Positions 17,124 through 24,517 of a stretch of 41,484 bases of DNA are shown here, piece by piece. How positions within the stretch are numbered: the first letter of the stretch is position 1; every line of letters starts with the position of its first letter. Origin of the DNA: a virus (lineage: Duplodnaviria; Caudoviricetes); IMG/VR virus record IMGVR_UViG_3300026541_000016, positions 1-41,484 of that record; one strand, given 5' to 3'. The translations under genes were made by a program, and so were the position numbers. The notes beneath the pieces are model-generated. The model made no database searches and was not told where the DNA came from. It saw only the letters and a list, made by a program, of their open reading frames with translations.

Positions 17124-17204
17124 AGAAATAAGGCATGGTGCATTTCTTATGGAATTGCTCATTATCGCTCCTAGCCAGTGGGAGTATGCCGAATAGACTG
17201 GCAC
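17124..17204 (+). ncRNA. Putative structured RNA, copy R
   Basis: Homolog of 4564-4643; further hairpins continue to about 17308. Confidence 0.7.
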
Positions 17205-17311
17205 GAATTACCCGTTATTCGGGTAAAGGCAGAAGGCTATCTCCATGCCTAGGAACCGCTCTCGCTGGCCGGTGGCTGCTGAAAGGCCAGCATTAACTAG
17301 GAAGAGCGATT

Positions 17312-17650
17312 ATGGCCCGTAATATGAGTTTTGCCATGACAACTGATCAGATTAGAGCGCGAACAAAGACAGTGACGCGGCGGATTGGGTGGTGGTTTCT
17401 GAAACCGGGGGATGAGGTTTGTGCGGTTGAAAAAGTTATGGGTTTTCAGAAAGGCGAAAGGATTAAACCATTGTGCATGATACGGATTTTGTCCACCAGA
17501 AGGACGCCATTAAACGCGATAACGCAAGCAGATGTAATTAAGGAGGGGTTTCCAGATTGGACGCCCACGCAGTTTGTAGAGATGCTGGTTGACCATTACA
17601 AGATAGATCCCAGTGTGACTATGAACAGAATAGAATTTAAGTATATTTGA
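17312..17650 (+). CDS. ASCH/PUA-like domain protein
   Basis: MSF......I....KTVTRR.GW..LK.GD...L..IT..DV..EGF...RIEF. Confidence 0.8.
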   Translation: MARNMSFAMTTDQIRARTKTVTRRIGWWFLKPGDEVCAVEKVMGFQKGERIKPLCMIRILSTRRTPLNAITQADVIKEGFPDWTPTQFVEMLVDHYKIDPSVTMNRIEFKYI

Positions 17651-17663
17651 ATGATAATGCTTC

Positions 17664-18346
17664 ATGACATGCAGACATATTAAAGGCGACAAAATGCCAA
17701 GACAATACGCACATGAAATATTACAGCTTAAAACACGAGAAGAAAGAAGGACTGCGCTTATGAATGTCCCTGAAAACATACGGGACTGGGTAAAGTTTTA
17801 TGTTGAGGACTGTTTTGAGAAGAGAAGACAATGACACAAGGAAATCCAAATACAGAAGGCCAAATATACCGTATGCCGGAAATGACGGATTATATGATAA
17901 GTCGATATAGCGACGCTAGATTGCGTGAAGGTGATTTAATGCTATGTTTGGAACATTCAGGAGATTGTTGTTATTACTGGGGCAGATTATGTTATAAAAC
18001 GATAACGCAAAGTACATCCAATGACCTTCCGGTAAAACTAATTTATAAGTATTATGATATTGATCTTATTTTTCAAGCCTATGCGGCGAGCGAAGAATGG
18101 GGCATTTTACAAACCCCCTTGACGCACAAACAAATGCTAGGTGCGTTGATAGCAATGAACCTTTCTCATAGAACCGGGATATTAATCCCGCTAAGCCTGG
18201 AGGAAAAAAAGCAATACTTAGCAGAAAGAGACAGGATGCGTGTCGAAGCAACTGGAAGGGGCAGTTACAATAATACAGATGAAGAACTCACAGATCGTCT
18301 TGATGATAAATGGCCTGAGCCGAAGGAAACGGAAATGTACAAATGA
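17664..18346 (+). CDS. Two hypothetical genes (17664-17834; 17831-18346)
   Basis: ATGA couplings. Confidence 0.55.
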
Positions 18347-18777
18347 AATTCTACGCCCGTAAAGTAGATAACATGTCTATTGAGCCAGCAGGCCAAGACG
18401 ATCAACTATTGTTTGAGAAGTGGCAAATTGGCCAGGTTAAATTAATCAGCGTCAAAAAGGTCAGAAACTATAAAAACCTTGAACGGTTTTATGTATTTCT
18501 GAATGTTTTAATGGGAATTGAAAAGATAAAAGAACGATACAGAGTTGTTGAGAATTTAAAACCTGCCCTAATTATAGGGGCAGGATATTTTGAGTGGGTC
18601 CCTAATTTGAATAACGAGCTAATTCCTATAGCAGATTCTATCGCATATGAAAACATGGATGAAGACGAATTCAGGGAACTATTTTCAAAATGTATCGACG
18701 TAGCTTTGTTTATACTGCCGGAATATTGCAGAGAAGATCTAGAAGCGATGGCTAATAGAGTGGTGGAGTTTGGGTGA
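18343..18777 (+). CDS. DUF1367-like protein
   Basis: RN.....RF...L, AGY.E, SIAY..MD..EF..LF. Confidence 0.7.
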   Translation: MKFYARKVDNMSIEPAGQDDQLLFEKWQIGQVKLISVKKVRNYKNLERFYVFLNVLMGIEKIKERYRVVENLKPALIIGAGYFEWVPNLNNELIPIADSIAYENMDEDEFRELFSKCIDVALFILPEYCREDLEAMANRVVEFG

Positions 18778-19220
18778 ATGCATATTGTATTAGAAATAAT
18801 TGATAAAAAGGTGTCGCTAATGTTAAAAATGGGCAAGGATCCTGTCAATATTTATTTGGGAAGAAAACAAATGGAAGATCTGTATAGATGGGCGGCTGAC
18901 AATAGTTATGGCACAGAGAAAGGCAATAATAGTCGCAAATCAGTACATGGGCTGTTTATTTACGCGGTTGATGATGATGATCATTGCGGATTTGGGTTTT
19001 AATGAAAACGTTTAATCGCACATTAACCTATGCTCGTGTCATTGTTAGTTTATATTTAGGCTATGCAGGTAAAGGTGTCATGTTATTGTGCGGGATTTTT
19101 GCGGTTGCTTGTATGGCGGGTATGTGGATTTTTGGCGCAGAATTTTTCGATCAATGGTGTTTAACCTTTGTGGTAATGTTTCTTGCTTTATGGTTTTTGC
19201 ATGAGCAGATAGGCGAATGA
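18778..19220 (+). CDS. Two small genes (18778-19002; membrane protein about 19002-19220)
   Basis: Coupled ORFs. Confidence 0.5.
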
Positions 19221-19528
19221 ACCTACAAAAACATAACCCACTTATTAGCAAGGCGCTAAGGGATGCAGCGAGGGGGAAGGAATGCAAACGATGTCAAAGG
19301 CCGGTTAGCAGCGTAGGCTGTCATTATGTCGGGCCACGACAGCATGAATATGGGAAAGGTGCGCGAATTAAGGGCCATGACTTTTGTGTTGCACAGCTTT
19401 GTGATAAGTGTCATAAGTATTTTGATTTGGATACACAGCACAAGGATTATTTAAAGAGTGAGGAATTTCTACATTACATTATGCTGACATTTATTGAGCG
19501 TTACGAGGAAGGCGTGATTAAGGTATGA
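19217..19528 (+). CDS. DUF1364-like zinc/HNH-type nuclease-domain protein
   Basis: S..LRDAARG..C..C......H....G.G...K.HD...A.LC..CH. Confidence 0.7.
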   Translation: MNLQKHNPLISKALRDAARGKECKRCQRPVSSVGCHYVGPRQHEYGKGARIKGHDFCVAQLCDKCHKYFDLDTQHKDYLKSEEFLHYIMLTFIERYEEGVIKV

Positions 19529-19743
19529 CTAAAGAAAGATTAGAGGACGACGGCTCGGTTTACATGAGTGAAACGCAGATTAGGTTAGAAAATGCGCTTA
19601 TCAGGCTTGCTTATCATGATTTGGCTGCTGATAAGCGAGATAAAGTAGAGTCATGTATAGAGCTACAGGATGCATTAAGGGTGTTAAAAGAGCATTGTGG
19701 CTACACTGATGAATTTGCGGCTATTGATGGACTGTGTGATTAA
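19525..19743 (+). CDS. Hypothetical protein
   Basis: ATGA coupling. Confidence 0.5.
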   Translation: MTKERLEDDGSVYMSETQIRLENALIRLAYHDLAADKRDKVESCIELQDALRVLKEHCGYTDEFAAIDGLCD

Positions 19744-19746
19744 GGT

Positions 19747-20052
19747 ATGAGCCATGCTAAAACTAACGATAATACTCCCATTTCCATTGCCAACATGGAA
19801 CAGAATATTACAGATGCATCCAAAAGAAAGGATGAGGTTGCGGAAATTAATTCACGAGTTAACATACATATCCACTCTGTACGCCATCGACTCGCAGACA
19901 TTGACGGTATCTCCGCAAAAGCGGCCATTGATGGACTCGTACATGCAAAAATACTTAAAGATGATTCGGCCAAAGAAGTCAAGGAAGTCACCTACTCTCA
20001 AGAAAAAACGAAAGGCCAGGAAGAAACAATCATTACGATTGAGGTGATTTGA
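19747..20052 (+). CDS. RusA-like resolvase, catalytic half; N-terminal half appears in the overlapping frame 19754-20047
   Basis: RLAD.DG...KAAIDGLV....L.DDS in this frame; LTIILPFPLPTWN in the other. Confidence 0.65.
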   Translation: MSHAKTNDNTPISIANMEQNITDASKRKDEVAEINSRVNIHIHSVRHRLADIDGISAKAAIDGLVHAKILKDDSAKEVKEVTYSQEKTKGQEETIITIEVI

Positions 20053-20276
20053 TTATGAATAAAGATAGTTGCGGAACATGTAGATATTGGAAGGCTGGTG
20101 ATCCGACGATAGAAGAACATATGGTCTGTAAAAGATATCCTCCAATTCTAGATATGAATTACTTTGACGCCACTCGTGGAGCCAGGCAGGTTAATCCGAC
20201 CGTAGATATGGGATGGTATATATTTCCAATGACTAAAAAAGATGATTGGTGCGGCGAATACATATTTCAAATCTGA
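20049..20276 (+). CDS. Cys-rich small phage protein
   Basis: CGTC.YW...C.RYPP...FP.T...DWCGEY. Confidence 0.65.
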   Translation: MIMNKDSCGTCRYWKAGDPTIEEHMVCKRYPPILDMNYFDATRGARQVNPTVDMGWYIFPMTKKDDWCGEYIFQI

Positions 20277-20291
20277 AAAGAGGTAATTTGA

Positions 20292-20783
20292 TTGCGCAGA
20301 AAAAAAGACCATCTCAAGGCCAGGTTAGAAGATTGGGGCGAATGGTTAGCGAAAACAATCAGTGGGATTGGCCATCCCTCTATGTCCACGGAGGGGAAAT
20401 GTATTGAATACGGATATGTGGCGTATAAAGCCAAAGGGGGGAGAATGGTAAAAATGATATGGCCTGATTATGACGCCCAGGGTAATCGAATTGAAGTACT
20501 CCAGGAATTACAATTGACGGCGAACGGATCTGAGACTGTCAGTATCCAGGGAAGGCCCCTGGACTATGAGACACACCCAGAGGAGCAGACAGTCGACTAT
20601 GCCGTCACGACTATCCCTGACAAACGACGGCGGGGGGCCATATATTGCAAATACGTGCACCAGCTCAATGAATTCGAGGCTAGTGATGCATTGGTTATTA
20701 CAGTGAGGCAGCATCGAGATTTTATCAAAGGGGCCCGAATTTGGGTGGGAGCAAAGCTAGACATAGACCCATTCATAAATTAA
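20292..20783 (+). CDS. Q-like late antiterminator
   Basis: RL..WG.W at the N-terminus, C-terminal HTH-like region; followed by promoter and terminator. Confidence 0.7.
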   Translation: MRRKKDHLKARLEDWGEWLAKTISGIGHPSMSTEGKCIEYGYVAYKAKGGRMVKMIWPDYDAQGNRIEVLQELQLTANGSETVSIQGRPLDYETHPEEQTVDYAVTTIPDKRRRGAIYCKYVHQLNEFEASDALVITVRQHRDFIKGARIWVGAKLDIDPFIN

Positions 20784-20795
20784 TTTGAAAATAAC

Positions 20796-20825
20796 TTGAC
20801 TACTTACGTAAGTAAGTGGTCTAAT
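20796..20825 (+). promoter_or_regulatory. Late promoter (pR'-like)
   Basis: TTGACT-N18-TCTAAT with extended TG; palindrome TACTTACGTAAGTA at 20801-20814. Confidence 0.6.
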
Positions 20826-21108
20826 ATTGTCAGGATGTCAGTTTTGACACTAAATTAAAGGCAACCAGCATTAAAACAATAACTGAGGACCATCTCAATG
20901 CCGTAGTGGATGAGATTGAACATTATGAGTTTGCGTTAAAACACGAGCCAGACATACCTTTACGCGAAGTCAAAGAATGTGGTTGTAGAGGCCCGCTCCC
21001 TGGTTATAGTGAATGTAGATGCACCAGACATAATCGTTTAATAATCGAATTTCTTAGTATTATGAAAGAACGTAAAGAAAACTGAATAAAGAGTAAGCTT
21101 TTTCCAAT

Positions 21109-21133
21109 AAAGCCCGCGATTGCGGGCTTTTTT
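21109..21133 (+). terminator. tR'-like intrinsic terminator
   Basis: AAAGCCCGC-GATT-GCGGGCTTTTTT. Confidence 0.85.
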
Positions 21134-21153
21134 AATGCCCGAGATAATTACCC

Positions 21154-22011
21154 ATGGCAACAATAAGAACCGCGAAAGGCACGAATAGTTCTAAAGATAG
21201 TGGCTCTACTCTCACAGTTTCAGCAGTTAATGCCAAACGGGGATCGCTTTTATTCGTAGGCGTTGCCTATGAAACGTCTCAGGGGTTCCCTACGGCTAAG
21301 TGGGGGAATGGTGATCTTGTCAGATTGGATTTTCAACACAATGTCGGCGCTGCGGGTGTTGCCCTGTTCTCCCGTATAAGAGTTCGTAATCCTGTCGCAC
21401 GAGATGTCGTTGTTACATGGCCTGGAGCTATCCTAGCCAGGGCAATGTTTGTCACTATGATCGAAGGCGTCAACCTCAAGGAGCAGGTGAAAAACCGCGC
21501 ACAGGACGCTACCACCACACCGGATAGTGGATTAACAGGCACCCTGTCAACCACGGGGCAAACTAAATTAGCCGCTTTCTGTGCGGCCGGCCCAAGCAGT
21601 GATACCCAAGGAACACCGACAAGCCCGACACTTGCCGGGCAAAGAATTGGAACCACAGGGGCACCCCCCTCCAGTAACGTCACGATAGAGGAATATTTTG
21701 AACTCGATATCGCGACGACCGCAGCCGTCAAGGCACGCGTCACTGGTGCGGCGAGTAGAGATTGGGCGATCTCACTTACCACGATAGAAGAATGGGGAGA
21801 AATCAGCGTATTAAGTGATACGGGCGAAGTGCGGATCTTAACTGCCATGGAACTGGGCGCTATAGAAGACAGTGTCCTGACATGGGGCCAAACAGCAGCC
21901 AATCAAACAACCGTGAAAACATGGTTTCCCAGCACGAAACAAGACATAGACATTCAAGCAATGATAGACGTTGCCGGGTTGGCCTTTCGTCGTATCCGTA
22001 GAAATGTCTAG
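21154..22011 (+). CDS. Beta-rich putative virion protein, 285 aa
   Basis: T/A/G/V-rich; no signal peptide; first gene after tR'. Confidence 0.6.
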   Translation: MATIRTAKGTNSSKDSGSTLTVSAVNAKRGSLLFVGVAYETSQGFPTAKWGNGDLVRLDFQHNVGAAGVALFSRIRVRNPVARDVVVTWPGAILARAMFVTMIEGVNLKEQVKNRAQDATTTPDSGLTGTLSTTGQTKLAAFCAAGPSSDTQGTPTSPTLAGQRIGTTGAPPSSNVTIEEYFELDIATTAAVKARVTGAASRDWAISLTTIEEWGEISVLSDTGEVRILTAMELGAIEDSVLTWGQTAANQTTVKTWFPSTKQDIDIQAMIDVAGLAFRRIRRNV

Positions 22012-24506
22012 TGGGCACAGCCGCATTAACCACTGATTTAGTTTTACTTGCTAATCAAAACGCTGCCGGAGCCGTCCGTGAACAGAGTGCATCGAATCAG
22101 TCGGAAGGCACTTTATTTGTCTTTGGAACCGCGTCTAATGGGTTTAGTGATGACGGGGTGGGTCTTAATGGTGGGGTGAGTGCCGCTTTTACCGCGCAGA
22201 GCGTCGCTAGCACCATTATCTTTCAATGGATGATGAATCTTACTCCGCCGGATACCGTCTTAAATGGGGGGATGCGTATCCGTGTTGAACAAGCGGCGAA
22301 TTTTGGCGAATGGTTTGTTGCCGGGGATGCTGAGTATGACGGTGGATTTAAAATCTTCGCTGTTGATACTACCCGAACGTTAGACAGAACTAGTGCAACC
22401 TCTCCCACATTAACCGCAATTGATCGCTTAGGGTTTATTGTCGATCTCGTTGTATCAGGGATTGATGGCAGTTGTGCATTGGTTGATGTCTCCCGACGAG
22501 GCACAGGGATGACCGTCACTGGCGGAACGGTTGCCGATCCGATAACTCCCATAGACATTGAAGCGGCTGACAATACGACTTCTAGTCAATTAGGAATGTG
22601 GCGCAGGAACTCGTCTACCGGCTCATTTTCCATGGTGGGGAGAACGACCATTGGAAACACGGCCGGGACGCTTCTTACTGTCTTTCGGGCGACGAATGTT
22701 GTCACAACAATTTCTGACATGCCGGTAAAGGCCGAGCAGAATCAATTAACCATTGAAAGCAACGCAACAAACAAAACAGATTTCGTTATTGGGACTGAAA
22801 TTGGAACAGGCGTTGAATCAGTTGGCGTGGGTGGCGGAAGTTTTACCGGAACAAGTTCAGATCCTGCACGGACGTTAACGATCAATTCTATCGACGCTGA
22901 CACACTGAATTGTCATTTTTTTGGTGTCTCTTTGGTTATCGGTGCCAAGATTAATCTTACAGGCGCATTTAATAAATTTGTAAGTTGTCTGGTTTCAGCC
23001 TATGACTCTATTGTTTTAAGAACTAGCGCAACATTACGCGCTAGCACCATTACGGATAGTGTGGCGACGCCCTCAACTGCCACAAGCGCAGACGGTGGGG
23101 CTGTGGATCTTGGTGCATCAGATCCCGCAGTTGACATATTTAAAGACAACACTATTCAAAACAGTCCACGTGGGATCATGTTTAATCCCTCTGCGACAGG
23201 AAATTTGACGTTAGATAATATCACGTTCACAAATAATGCCGTTTGTGATGCGGCGATACAGTTTGATACCCCGTCGACTTTTTTAGACCAGACCGCCGAT
23301 GCCAATAGTGCGGCGATAAATGATGTTCAGTTTTTCCCCACAGTCTCTGTCACCAATGACGCATTTTTACTCGGACTCAAACAGCCCGGCCCAAGAGTCC
23401 GGATCACCGTCGGCACCATTGGTGTTGGAACCTATACGGTCACATGGCAGTACCGAAGTAGTCCATCGGTGTGGACGAATCTATCCGGCGTTACTGATGG
23501 CACAGGTGCTTTTAAGACGGTAGGTGAAAATGACGTTACTTTCACAGTCCCAACGAATTGGGTAGCGACGACCGAAGGGACTATCGGACCGTTTTTCTAC
23601 ATTCGTGCGCTACGCAACGCGGGCACGATGACCACCAATCCGTTGGGAGATTCTTGCTTGACGGGGTTCGATATACGATTGGTCTCGGGAACCGGAATTG
23701 CGACAACGATTAAAGTCCAAGGCGGGACAGCACCTATTGTAGAGCATGTTACGGCCGGGACGTTTACGGTTGAAAATAATGTCACAGTCATTGCCCAAGG
23801 GGTGACTGAAGGCACGCCGATTTCAATCCTCGCCGCTGAGACGGTGGGTTCTCGAACAATCGGCGATGTGTTACTTAACGCATTCGCAGACGACACAGGC
23901 AAAGTGACGTTAAGTTTGAATTATGAGGCGGCCTTTGATCCTTCAGGATTGGACGTTCGTGTTGTGGCGAGAAACCAAGGGGTGGCGATTGCTGCGATAG
24001 CAGATGACGGGGGAGTCTTTACCGACGAAACGTTAGAGGCGAGTAACAACGTCACGGCCGACATGACGTTACTGCCTGCCGTTCCGGCGGTGAACGATGC
24101 GTATCAGTTTGGTCATGATGAAGAATTTTCCAGATTAAAGTTAAACGTCACCACGGCATTAGTTGGCACTGGAAATACGATTGTCTGGGAGTATTGGAAC
24201 GGGTCCGCGTGGACGGCGTTAGCGAGTGTTGTCGACGGCACGAACGGACTCGAGACTTTAGGGGAAAACATTGTTAGTTGGACAGTGCCAGGAGATTGGG
24301 TCACTCGCACTGATAATGGACAAGGCCCATTCAAATATGTGCGTTTTAGACTTTCCGCCACGACAACGGTCACAACCGTGCCGGTGGGTGGACGCGTGAC
24401 GTTAGACACAACCCGATTTTTACCCTATGACGAAATTCGTACAGTCCTTACGACAGGGCTTACGGATAACGTCAACTGGGTATTTGATACGATTTCTAAA
24501 TTTTAG
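22011..24506 (+). CDS. Large putative virion protein with a beta-helix-like region and a duplicated domain, 831 aa
   Basis: NTIQN/NITFTNN-type repeats; two copies of NDA..G...W.Y....W..L..V.DGT......GEN.V..TVP..W...GPF.Y.R. Confidence 0.65.
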   Translation: MGTAALTTDLVLLANQNAAGAVREQSASNQSEGTLFVFGTASNGFSDDGVGLNGGVSAAFTAQSVASTIIFQWMMNLTPPDTVLNGGMRIRVEQAANFGEWFVAGDAEYDGGFKIFAVDTTRTLDRTSATSPTLTAIDRLGFIVDLVVSGIDGSCALVDVSRRGTGMTVTGGTVADPITPIDIEAADNTTSSQLGMWRRNSSTGSFSMVGRTTIGNTAGTLLTVFRATNVVTTISDMPVKAEQNQLTIESNATNKTDFVIGTEIGTGVESVGVGGGSFTGTSSDPARTLTINSIDADTLNCHFFGVSLVIGAKINLTGAFNKFVSCLVSAYDSIVLRTSATLRASTITDSVATPSTATSADGGAVDLGASDPAVDIFKDNTIQNSPRGIMFNPSATGNLTLDNITFTNNAVCDAAIQFDTPSTFLDQTADANSAAINDVQFFPTVSVTNDAFLLGLKQPGPRVRITVGTIGVGTYTVTWQYRSSPSVWTNLSGVTDGTGAFKTVGENDVTFTVPTNWVATTEGTIGPFFYIRALRNAGTMTTNPLGDSCLTGFDIRLVSGTGIATTIKVQGGTAPIVEHVTAGTFTVENNVTVIAQGVTEGTPISILAAETVGSRTIGDVLLNAFADDTGKVTLSLNYEAAFDPSGLDVRVVARNQGVAIAAIADDGGVFTDETLEASNNVTADMTLLPAVPAVNDAYQFGHDEEFSRLKLNVTTALVGTGNTIVWEYWNGSAWTALASVVDGTNGLETLGENIVSWTVPGDWVTRTDNGQGPFKYVRFRLSATTTVTTVPVGGRVTLDTTRFLPYDEIRTVLTTGLTDNVNWVFDTISKF

Positions 24507-24517
24507 AGGATAGGTAG

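Noticed and set aside
4564-17204. Inverted repeat as ends of an invertible DNA segment
   Set aside because: Differences between the copies preserve RNA pairing rather than DNA identity
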